DNA of 26,872 nucleotides from a virus (lineage: Duplodnaviria; Caudoviricetes): positions 1 to 26,872 of the IMG/VR virus record IMGVR_UViG_3300020221_000106. One strand, 5' to 3'. Below, piece after piece: positions 18,101 to 25,432 of the stretch. Numbering within the stretch: the first letter of the stretch is position 1; each line of letters starts with the position of its first letter. The position numbers and the translations under genes are program-made. Under the pieces are notes generated by a model. The model saw nothing but the letters and a program-made list of their open reading frames with translations. It was not told the DNA's origin and made no database searches.

Positions 18101-21100
18101 CACAAACAAGAAAAGAATTTCTGGCACTAATACTGCTTCAAATATTTCTTTTACCATTCAATCTGCCAAAAAAGTTGGCGATTACATGGAATTGGTAGTT
18201 TTTGATCATGGATTGGATGTAGAATCATTAAAAGCAAAAAGATTTGCAACAATTAAAGTTGCTCAACCTCAAGGCGGAAATGGAGAATTCATTGTAAATG
18301 AAAAAGTTACATGGTATGGTGCTTACGCTGGATCTGCTACCGTGCATTCCTGGTTTGGCACAGTGCCAGTTGAAGGTGGCACACAAATATTCAATTATCT
18401 TATTCTTAAAGATGTTGAAGGAGAAATAGATTTTGATGAAAAAACACAAACGTTTATTAGACAGGAAATTGCAGGTCAAGCAGATGTAACAGCAGAATTA
18501 ATTTCTAGACCAAATGATGGTAAAGAAGATAAAAAAGAATACTTATATGCTGTAGAAGCAGCAAATGTTTATACCGTAACTCCAGGTGATGTTATTACTG
18601 ATGATGCTGCAAGACAATATAGAGTTGTTAGTGTCGAAGATGTTAAAGAATTAGAAAACTCTTATTATATTTACAAAATTGATGAAATTCAAAGAAGAAT
18701 CCCAAGGCAACAAGAAGGAGTCTACTATCTAACTGCAATTCGTGGTGATATTTCTCCTTATCCAACTGGATCTGGTATTGGTCAAAACTTTAGAAAGTTT
18801 AAGTTTAGTCAACCAGTATCTAGATTATATCCGTTGGCATTTAAAAATGATCCATTACTATTCCAGTATGATGGATCTAATGATTTGGGGGGACTTCAAG
18901 ATGCAACTATTTTAGATCCTCCAGCATCTGTATGCGCTGCTGATAACTATGTCCATGGGGCTGTTGTTATTAATGATGCAAAAAATTCACTAACTAAAGA
19001 AGCAATATTAGACTTTGTAAAAGATCCAGGATCTGGTAACTATACTTTTGCTAATTCTTCTAATAAAATTGAAGCTAAATCTGGAGCAGCTGCATCTGGA
19101 GCAGAAGAAAGATTAATCCCAATTGCTGGTGATTCTGTATATCCGCTAGAGCAAAGACTCTATGTTGAGCTTCGTAGACCATCGATTGCTCGTGCTGGTA
19201 ACCATACGTTTGAATACCTTGGTTTCGGTCCTGGTAACTACTCTACTGGATTCCCTGTAAGGCAAACAGTTATTTTAACCGCAGATCAAGATTTTTACGC
19301 GCAATCTAAGAAGCAAGATGGTGGTATTGTATTCTATACTGGTATTAACTCTAATGGTGAATTGTATATTGGCAATAAGAAAATTAATGCCATTACAGGT
19401 GAGGAATCTTTTATTGATCCAATAATTCTAGAAGAAGATGAATCAGATGGTGGTAATTTAGGCAGTTTGGTTACGGTATTTGAAGATCCTGTAACATTTG
19501 AAAATATTATTACTCTCAACGCTCCACCTAATCTAAGGAATTTCTTTAATTCTCCTGTAGAAATCAATGTAGATCCAGAGTTTAATGCTGTAATGACTCC
19601 TCCATCATTGAGGATTGTCTCCCGCCCTGGTAATAGACAAGCACTTTTTCCTGGTGATGATGATCAATTGCTTGATACCACAAAAGCAGGTGATATTATA
19701 ATTGATAAAAATAGAGTAAGAGCTGCTATTTTTGATATGAATACACGCGGCACTCAGCGTTATTCATTCCGCACAGCAATTACAAATAATACACCAAATC
19801 AAGATACTTCAGGAACAAGAGCTAGAATCAGTCCTACTCAAACAATACAGTTTGGATCTAGTGTGCCTCTTTCTGGTGATGTAATTTTTAAAGGATCTGA
19901 GGTTGGATTCTCTGGATCTCTTGGTTGGGTTTATGCTAATACATTTACTGCTTATAGATTAACTGCACCTCCAGGTCAGGAAGCTAGCATTGATATAACA
20001 GGAGTTCAATTTTATCCAAATTTAAATATAGTTAAACTTATTTTCCAAACAGGAAAAGTTAATTTTAGTAGCACAAACCCAGGATCTTCTTTAAATATAA
20101 CCAGAAGTTCTCAAATTCGTATTAGTGGAGCAATTGATAGATTATCAGTATTGAATGGAGTGCATACTGTTTATGATAATATTACTGAAGGATATGAATA
20201 TTCTGAATCAAATGGGTATGTTTATGTATTAACCACTAGAGCATCAGAAGCTAATTTAACTGGTACCCCACCTTACATTTATTCTGTGCTGCCAATTGTC
20301 CAACCAACAATTGAAATAGCGAGATCTAATTCTCAGTGGAAAGAAGTTGGAGTTGTTGGGGCAGAAGCATTAAGAACTAAAACTAGTGCATATGGAGATT
20401 ACAGACTAGGTATCAACACTGTATCTAGAACTAATTCTGCCGATTGGAATGTTGGATATGTAACAACTACAACCGATCCAAGGGCAAATCTAGATGTGGT
20501 TGGTAATGCATTTATTAGTGGAAGATTACAAACTAGTTTTAATGATCTAGCAACTTTCTCGAATACGAATAAAGCATTTATTGTCGGTGGAGATAGTAAT
20601 AATCCTGATACTACTGCTACATTTAGAATTTCTACGCTACCACTACCTACACCAGGACCAACTGCAAACCCAGCAGAAGGCAGAGTTGGTATTAATGTGG
20701 GTGATGGCGCATTAGATAAAAACTTTGTTGTTTCTGGCGATGCAAGAATCACTGGTGACTTTACTTTCCAAACAGATATTGATGTAAATGGTGGTGACAT
20801 TAGATCTACTTCTGCAGCATTTACGGTAGCAAACCAACCAACAACAACTACATTATCTTTAGGTGGTTATTCTACGACTATAAATGTTGGTAATCTCGCA
20901 ACAACTGCACAAACACTTAATATTGGAAATGTTGCTTCTGGGCAAACATTAAATATTGGCACTGGCGCTACTGGACAAACAACGTTAAATCTTCATACTT
21001 CTTCTACTGATTCGACAGTCAATATTGCTACGGTAGGAAATACAAATAACACTTATAAGTCATTTGTTACAATTGGTGGAGCATATGCTAGACCATCTGA

Positions 21101-23468
21101 TAGTATTTTCCGCGTTAGAAACTATCAATCCATATTTGATGGTAATATGGAATTACGTGGTGATAGTAATACAAATACTCTGACAGTAACTACTCAAGCT
21201 ACGACAGTTAATTTATTCCCTAATGTTGCAACAACTGTAAAAATTGGTGCTAGTGCTGGTAGTGTTGAATTAGGTGGTGTTGCTGGAGAATCTGTTATTA
21301 AAAATGGGTTGCGTGTTTTTGGAAAAACAACTCTTGAAGCTGATGTTGTGCAGCATGGAGGAAATAGAAATTCTTCAGTTGGTGTAAATAGAAACGTCTT
21401 AGGAACTATTGAAATTTCAAGGGTCTCTAGAAGTAGTAATATTGCTACAATCACAACGATTGATGATCATAATTTAACTACTGGCAATTCTGTTTCTGTT
21501 AAATGTAGTGTAGAATCTTTTGAAACAGTTACTGATGTAGTTATAACTGTTACTGGAAATAAAACCTTTACATATTCAAATACAGCTGCAAATTTAACAA
21601 CAACAAATGCTACTGGAGTTGTTTTAAATGGTATTGGTTTAAATCAAGTATCTGGAAGTCTAGCAAATCTAAATGTTGACTATTACCAATATAATTCTCA
21701 AATAGCTCCTGGCGTCTCGTTAGCTACTGTAGTTAGTAATAAATTATTAGCTTCGGCAATCAATATTACTTTCTTCACTGGATATAAGCATTATTTCACG
21801 GAAGGTAATGCTGTTAAATTCCAGAGTGTTGGTAATTTAAGCAACGTAAATACAACGACTACATATTTTATTAAAGATAAAGATGAGCAAGGATTTACTT
21901 TATCGACATTAGGTGATCTTTCTACTACTCATACAATTGGTTTAGTTGGAACTGCTACTGATGCAGGAAATGCAGTGTTAATTCTGGCATTTACCAGTCT
22001 TGATAATCAAGGTGCTGCACTTACATCTGCTACTGCAACAGTATTAGAAGTTAATAATCCACAAGGAATTAATATTGCAGATTTCTTATTAATTGGCACG
22101 GAAATTGTAAAAACAACAAGTATTCCTTCTCCAACTAAACCATATCTTGTTAATGTGGTAAGAGGGCAAGAAGGCACTCAACCTGTAACACATGCTGATA
22201 ACACACAAATTGTTAAATTAGTAAAACAAGAAAATGCTGCCTTTATTTTCCCGAATCCTGTAATAGCAACTTCAACAAGCGTTAATTTGTCTGATTTTAC
22301 TGGCACCTTTGCTAATAATGATTTACTTAGATTAAATAAAGGCACTTTATCAGAAGAATATGTTAAAATTACTGCTATCAATACCGCAGATGCACAGTCA
22401 CTAGTTATTACAAACGGTAATTTTGGCACTGCTTCAGTCCCATTAACACCAAAAACCACATTCTCTGTAATATCTACTACTGGCGATACTTTTGCTCTTG
22501 GCGATGTTACTATTGGTTATGATGATGGTGTTAATTCTAGCACTGCTACTGGAAGCAGTCCAACGACTACTGGTGGTGGAAATCTTAAAGTATATAACTC
22601 TATTGAATTAAGTGGAAACACTGATATAACCACTCCAGGAAAACAATATTTTGTTATTACCAATGGAAGTATTCCTAAATTCTATGTTGAATCGGCAAGT
22701 GGTAATACTAAATTGTATGATGGCGCTAATTTAAAAATATTTAAAGACTCTTTCTATACTTCTGGTAATTTTGATAAAGGAAGAACAGATGCTGCTTCTA
22801 ATATTGCTTTTGAAGTTCTCGGTGCTTCTGGTAATACTAAAATTGCTGGTACTCTACATGTTGGTGATGATTTTACTGTTGAGAATACCCTAGGCGGCAC
22901 GGATACATTTACTGTTGATGCACAAACAGGTGATACTGTTGTAGGAAGACATTTACAAGTAAAAGGTGCATCTTCTGCAACTCCTTCTGCCTCTGTAGTA
23001 AGTCTTGAAGTAACAAACTTAGGTATTAGTGGCGCAAAACCATATAAAATTAAACAAGATGCTTCTATTGATGCATTTGGTAAAACCAATTTCTATAATA
23101 AAAATGGCGGTAGAAAAACAATTTACATTACTAATAATAGTGGCATAGTAACAACACCTCTTATTTCCAACATAAATTATCTAGTAAAACCATCTTCTAA
23201 TCTAACTTTAACCTTACCAAATAATGCTGAGACTGGAGATTTAATTAGATTTATTGATTTTGGTGGAGCTTTGAGATTTAATGTTACTCTTATTGTTAAT
23301 GCTCCAGCTGGAGTTGCAATACAAGGAAATCAAGATGGTGGATTTGGTCAATTATTAGTAAATACACCAAATGCTGCCTTTGGTCTATTATTTGTTGGAG
23401 AATATGATTCGGATGGAGTTACAGCAATTCCTTCTGACAATAGAGGTTGGTGGTTAACGGAGGTTTAA
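12195..23468 (+). CDS. Giant virion structural / tail-fibre-like protein (3757 aa)
   Basis: N-terminus LYVSPDDFNASD..GNSPTRPFLTIQRA and DMSITNSNSNFGN suggest a pectin-lyase-like beta-helix as in cyanomyovirus structural proteins. Also four helical KCxRD modules (14190-16880), Thr/Gly/Asn-rich (L/I)N(I/V)G repeats (about 20840-21280) and the C-terminal LTLTLP..GDLIRFID..GWWLTEV domain. Preceded by a late promoter. Confidence 0.85.
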   Translation: MPLTKLDNLISSKTGRYLYVSPDDFNASDALDNRGNSPTRPFLTIQRAFLEVARFSYVPGAENDRFDQFSIMLFPGNHYIDNRPGILNADEIVPFAFNQATQEWEDNSIVDLRNPNNILYKFNGPNGGATIPRGTSLIGMDLRRTRLHPLYVPDPADKDVGRTTMFNVTGGCYFWQFTILDGDTEPNSPLYDSQAGIGKVYSQPNSTVTQVPYYSHHKICNFEFADRNDLGLLYRKIAKAFSLYQPTIDDPGEFTQRPQENRIVGPLQDAIRIDSIVVNNVVGTTALDVTVKTKTNHGFYVGQAVAISNLRSTLPAGAAAPIPLSNDPLTGVFSVRGISTLDAKEFTYRVEGKNAAAVGLGDKIAQPITPPDLDTNAIVQAEIDSVESASPYVFNVSIRSTWGICGIHADGSKATGFKSMVIAQYTGVSLQRDDRAFIRYDEFSNTWNQAPLTDAFATTPYHAKGDAFWKDDWRNFHVKASNDSFIQNVSIFAVGFADHFLMESGGDMSITNSNSNFGNTSLHAIGYKGYAFTQDQGGYISHIIPPKKVTTTTKKLQYYTFNQFKTRSTNAQEFDGPGGTSSITTKLYLGHDTATDPLIKPATVVNGFRIGGKANDKIYVKLDPAVNFTGSIRSAEISPSGYRKWNVAMSTLNPTVSTGVDNNDQDAANLIDLNRDFIAAESYGFITRKYPYLLTKDISITKCRRDVGYILEAVANDLRVGGNVNSLQAGQSYYVGNQLDYIDGEKEETLEGFNYARSLAVAAMRNWNFYIKHCSTFINQAIVTVPSGITTIGIVEGMKVTATVIAGQTNPIPAGSYVRKIISTTQFTLGNTNDTDDVNATATITATGPAAGGVRLNFELTQGKFATSSGRNLDAGNLINLNKEFIAQEALNLAKAQYPTTSVPNDDKCKRDIKYILDGVVQDLGNFGNSGIVTATERYIDAAERYSISKNLILANKREIVDKAAAKLAIDYPDFYYGGPGFTNGGDAQTNVYSRYKDSYRLIQQNKQHIVDKAAAQIAISYPNFSYPGGAIAGEAKCKRDIGMFIDAVSTDLTTLGNSYSIDFIRQYFIANKVNGKILTFTKTAGTTLSTKANKTYSGVATTTTSSGSNATFTVARGASGAISTVTISNGGYRYAVGNTLTIPGGSIGGTNIVDDVIVTVSTVEQAWINAGLQNEEDQSITGFTAAIAEMKKAITNQLFTKDLTITGDPNPGAVESGVSVFGTSGNTTNNTDTQSCANVKQTLDTLGSLIFARIRQGDLVTATQQNPALPIINYGSAPIFQEKCKRDIGIVVDAIAEDLAIGANYNIITATKSYFDSTGNTLINNGLAGEITQSVTAFEEARNLCFKAVTNQLNVRDLEIPEGPAELGVPGPNIPNDNPNAYLDVRNEINALFGILITKLQNGNYLYPTLKYNSGVQSLTGELDISVYAFKKARDLAILAMRNWRTGDGTTTDPLYVKTPGNTLNYQIDPTIDTTTAGVPVCADVAYTITTEFDILITSLNNTAPLPPKTFGSSEYVERQRPQRDNTISNDTATPDNKCASTKDAIIEKMRVIDSIIRNGVDAEPLVSQLVNTSSFAQRATLFRVAGANPHNLETGTPVRLVAVARRDSITGKPVNVNKGLIRLPRGFDSNKKYYIIAPGKITAPYDYSQGGVTSQFNDNQVFMLATSTENAAAGNYIYSSETEGMSPDIQVEVHQYLTDVNYDLHRYTCSLASSRVFQTTTNHIFDTGITGAQVQKVYFYPLEENLVNGKATGAALNTLPAKTSGSRLEINRYYFVGRPATYTTNNQFSIYLNEQDAITRQNAVQFNYPFTFSFQVFANRKRSPFGYDPVQSGWFLRTLISTNEILSRLTLNDPNLGSSYANKPEKTPDSFLYRADDARDKSDKVYRFRYVIPEYRDDVRDPINGFVMKIRTDETRKLISQRILLKPVAQNDPKDATFFESGVQNPKRLGLPASSTQAAIDYDPYNPTNKKRISGTNTASNISFTIQSAKKVGDYMELVVFDHGLDVESLKAKRFATIKVAQPQGGNGEFIVNEKVTWYGAYAGSATVHSWFGTVPVEGGTQIFNYLILKDVEGEIDFDEKTQTFIRQEIAGQADVTAELISRPNDGKEDKKEYLYAVEAANVYTVTPGDVITDDAARQYRVVSVEDVKELENSYYIYKIDEIQRRIPRQQEGVYYLTAIRGDISPYPTGSGIGQNFRKFKFSQPVSRLYPLAFKNDPLLFQYDGSNDLGGLQDATILDPPASVCAADNYVHGAVVINDAKNSLTKEAILDFVKDPGSGNYTFANSSNKIEAKSGAAASGAEERLIPIAGDSVYPLEQRLYVELRRPSIARAGNHTFEYLGFGPGNYSTGFPVRQTVILTADQDFYAQSKKQDGGIVFYTGINSNGELYIGNKKINAITGEESFIDPIILEEDESDGGNLGSLVTVFEDPVTFENIITLNAPPNLRNFFNSPVEINVDPEFNAVMTPPSLRIVSRPGNRQALFPGDDDQLLDTTKAGDIIIDKNRVRAAIFDMNTRGTQRYSFRTAITNNTPNQDTSGTRARISPTQTIQFGSSVPLSGDVIFKGSEVGFSGSLGWVYANTFTAYRLTAPPGQEASIDITGVQFYPNLNIVKLIFQTGKVNFSSTNPGSSLNITRSSQIRISGAIDRLSVLNGVHTVYDNITEGYEYSESNGYVYVLTTRASEANLTGTPPYIYSVLPIVQPTIEIARSNSQWKEVGVVGAEALRTKTSAYGDYRLGINTVSRTNSADWNVGYVTTTTDPRANLDVVGNAFISGRLQTSFNDLATFSNTNKAFIVGGDSNNPDTTATFRISTLPLPTPGPTANPAEGRVGINVGDGALDKNFVVSGDARITGDFTFQTDIDVNGGDIRSTSAAFTVANQPTTTTLSLGGYSTTINVGNLATTAQTLNIGNVASGQTLNIGTGATGQTTLNLHTSSTDSTVNIATVGNTNNTYKSFVTIGGAYARPSDSIFRVRNYQSIFDGNMELRGDSNTNTLTVTTQATTVNLFPNVATTVKIGASAGSVELGGVAGESVIKNGLRVFGKTTLEADVVQHGGNRNSSVGVNRNVLGTIEISRVSRSSNIATITTIDDHNLTTGNSVSVKCSVESFETVTDVVITVTGNKTFTYSNTAANLTTTNATGVVLNGIGLNQVSGSLANLNVDYYQYNSQIAPGVSLATVVSNKLLASAINITFFTGYKHYFTEGNAVKFQSVGNLSNVNTTTTYFIKDKDEQGFTLSTLGDLSTTHTIGLVGTATDAGNAVLILAFTSLDNQGAALTSATATVLEVNNPQGINIADFLLIGTEIVKTTSIPSPTKPYLVNVVRGQEGTQPVTHADNTQIVKLVKQENAAFIFPNPVIATSTSVNLSDFTGTFANNDLLRLNKGTLSEEYVKITAINTADAQSLVITNGNFGTASVPLTPKTTFSVISTTGDTFALGDVTIGYDDGVNSSTATGSSPTTTGGGNLKVYNSIELSGNTDITTPGKQYFVITNGSIPKFYVESASGNTKLYDGANLKIFKDSFYTSGNFDKGRTDAASNIAFEVLGASGNTKIAGTLHVGDDFTVENTLGGTDTFTVDAQTGDTVVGRHLQVKGASSATPSASVVSLEVTNLGISGAKPYKIKQDASIDAFGKTNFYNKNGGRKTIYITNNSGIVTTPLISNINYLVKPSSNLTLTLPNNAETGDLIRFIDFGGALRFNVTLIVNAPAGVAIQGNQDGGFGQLLVNTPNAAFGLLFVGEYDSDGVTAIPSDNRGWWLTEV
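14190..16880 (+). repeat. Four helical protein modules with K-C-x-R-D-(I/V) motif (phycobiliprotein-like)
   Basis: KCRRDVG (Cys 14301), KCKRDIK (14919), KCKRDIG (15306) and KCKRDIG (16047), each followed by a similar helix and matching flanking segments. Confidence 0.85.
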
Positions 23469-23469
23469 T

Positions 23470-24507
23470 GTGTCAATTACATATAATAAATTACGACATA
23501 TGCAAGGTCTCCCAATAGGAACGATAGTTCCTTGGTCTGGAGCGCCAGATACTATTCCTTTGGGGTGGGATTTTTGTAATGGTGCAGTAATACAAATTAC
23601 AAAATATCCGTTATTGTATAAGATAATAGGTAACGTTTATGGCGGCACAGCTGGATCTACATTTAAAATACCAGAAATAACTGAGGATAGGGGAGTAATG
23701 GATATATATCCAGGACATTACTCTTCTTTATCTGCTTATACACCATCAAAACCATCAACCACGGCAAAAAGTAGCGATCCATATTGGACTAATATTGGTG
23801 AAAATATAAATGTGTCAAATTCTACTGATGGAAGTTCTACTATAGATGTTATTGCATCATTTATTAATCCTACTAATAAACCAAAATTAGTTGCCAGTGT
23901 TAAAGAAATTGAATTTACTGCTGGAACATTTGCTACTAGTTATTCTATCAATGGTAGAAAATTGAGTGATAGACATCAAAAATATCATAATCACACAACA
24001 AGTTTTGAGGGAGATACAGATGGTAATTCCTTTCGATCTGGCGGCAGAGAATGCTCAGCCAATTCAGGCGGGAGAAACAGCACCTGTACTTTTAATAGTA
24101 AAGGCGGTGTGGCATCAAATACTTTAGGAAATAGAAATGTTCCTTCTAAGGCAGATAAAACTATTTGTAAAGGCGGGTCTGACCCCAAATCTAACGCTAG
24201 TGGAATGACTGATAATGGCAATGGTTATACTGGTGGGGATATGTATGCTGTGCAAGGCGGCGGGGTTTACAATCTTGCTTCTAGTTTATCTGCCGACGGT
24301 AGAAGTTGGTCTGATTTGTCTGCACATACGCATAATTCTCCAGACACAAAATTTAAATGTAACGTAACAGTTGTTTCTGATTATACTTTTTATGATGTCA
24401 ATTCAAATTCAATTACAATTAACGCCGCACCTCCTGATGTGGCAACTATAAATATCAGTACGGCAACTGCTAATTTAAGTATGATTTTCATCATCAGAGC
24501 ATATTAA
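23470..24507 (+). CDS. Tail-collar-domain short tail fibre protein
   Basis: GLPIGTIVPWSG..IPLGWDFCNG..KYPLLYKIIGNVYGG..TFKIP is a phage tail collar domain. HxH motifs YHNH and AHTH; ends MIFIIRAY. GTG start with SD GGAGG at 23459-23463. Confidence 0.85.
   Translation: MSITYNKLRHMQGLPIGTIVPWSGAPDTIPLGWDFCNGAVIQITKYPLLYKIIGNVYGGTAGSTFKIPEITEDRGVMDIYPGHYSSLSAYTPSKPSTTAKSSDPYWTNIGENINVSNSTDGSSTIDVIASFINPTNKPKLVASVKEIEFTAGTFATSYSINGRKLSDRHQKYHNHTTSFEGDTDGNSFRSGGRECSANSGGRNSTCTFNSKGGVASNTLGNRNVPSKADKTICKGGSDPKSNASGMTDNGNGYTGGDMYAVQGGGVYNLASSLSADGRSWSDLSAHTHNSPDTKFKCNVTVVSDYTFYDVNSNSITINAAPPDVATINISTATANLSMIFIIRAY
24447..24454 (+). promoter_or_regulatory. Possible internal late promoter TATAAATA
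   Basis: Exact T4 late consensus 54 nt before ATG 24509, but it lies inside coding sequence of an AT-rich genome. Confidence 0.4.
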
Positions 24508-24508
24508 C

Positions 24509-25429
24509 ATGGCAACCACTTATTCTTTTCAGAAAGGAAAATATGGAGGACCTACGGGGTCAATTTTTCCTTTTTTTAGGGATTTATCAACAAATAGTGC
24601 TTCAGATCCTCAATATAGTGAAAATATTCCAGCTGGATTTTTAAGATGTAGGGGGCAAATTTTATCTGCCGATCAATTTCCACAATTAGCAGCAATTCTT
24701 GGTGTTGGGGCACAATGCCTCTACAGAAAGGAAGGCACTACATTACAAGAAGCTGATGATGACGGAACAGGCGGCACTTTTCAATTACCAGATTTGGGAT
24801 CTAAGTATATCAGTGCGGGTACTAACTCAGGAACATATAGTAATTTAACAGTCCCTCAAGCTACTTCAACTTCCGCTATAGTTACTAAAGCAGGGATAAC
24901 CGTTGTTTTAAGTGCAACTGATGACGAGATACTTTTCACATATAGTGGAAACTTTAATCTTCCATCTCATAATTTAACTATGTCTGGTCAGTGGACCGCT
25001 ACAGGACCTTCAACAACTAACTCAGTAACTGTTGATGAAGGTCAAATATTACCACACGGTCACTTTGCTACTATGGCACAATTAAGCAATGCAGCACAAG
25101 GTGACTGTAACACTGGCGGGTGGAAATATAATTCTCGTTATTGGGGAGCTTGTTACAGGAGTGCCAGTTTTGGATCTCAATGTGGACCAGTTACATTAAT
25201 CCCTGTTGGCAATTCAGCAGAAGAAATCGGCGTCCTCGCAGGCACCACACATAGGCATGGAAATGCTGGAATAAAAATTAGTAGTCAAAGTAAATCTGGT
25301 AGTATGGCAGCAATAAATATCCCGTCTGCTTCTCTTTCAACTACAGTTAAATTAAATACTGGCAGCACAACAAAAATAGACGCGATATCTCCTATGTTTA
25401 TATTATGTGAATATCTAATTAAATATTAA
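24509..25429 (+). CDS. Tail-collar-domain short tail fibre protein
   Basis: GGPTGSIFPF..IPAGFLRCRG..FPQLAAILGVG..TFQLPDLGSKYI collar domain. HxH motifs PHGH and HRH; ends PMFILCEYLIKY. Confidence 0.85.
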   Translation: MATTYSFQKGKYGGPTGSIFPFFRDLSTNSASDPQYSENIPAGFLRCRGQILSADQFPQLAAILGVGAQCLYRKEGTTLQEADDDGTGGTFQLPDLGSKYISAGTNSGTYSNLTVPQATSTSAIVTKAGITVVLSATDDEILFTYSGNFNLPSHNLTMSGQWTATGPSTTNSVTVDEGQILPHGHFATMAQLSNAAQGDCNTGGWKYNSRYWGACYRSASFGSQCGPVTLIPVGNSAEEIGVLAGTTHRHGNAGIKISSQSKSGSMAAINIPSASLSTTVKLNTGSTTKIDAISPMFILCEYLIKY

Positions 25430-25432
25430 AAA

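Noticed and set aside
23468-23518. ATG overlapping the giant gene's stop (TAATG) as start of the next gene
   Set aside because: It is out of frame with the collar-domain ORF and closes after 16 codons. GTG 23470 has suitable SD spacing.
38-24221. Numerous minus-strand and alternative-frame ORFs of 60-207 aa (e.g. 1546..2169, 9270..9638, 20399..20800)
   Set aside because: They overlap long, motif-bearing + strand genes, show no recognisable motifs, and are the expected antisense shadows of biased codon usage.
25312-25319. AATAAATA as an additional late promoter
   Set aside because: It lies in coding sequence, over 100 nt from the next start, and such words are expected by chance in AT-rich DNA.
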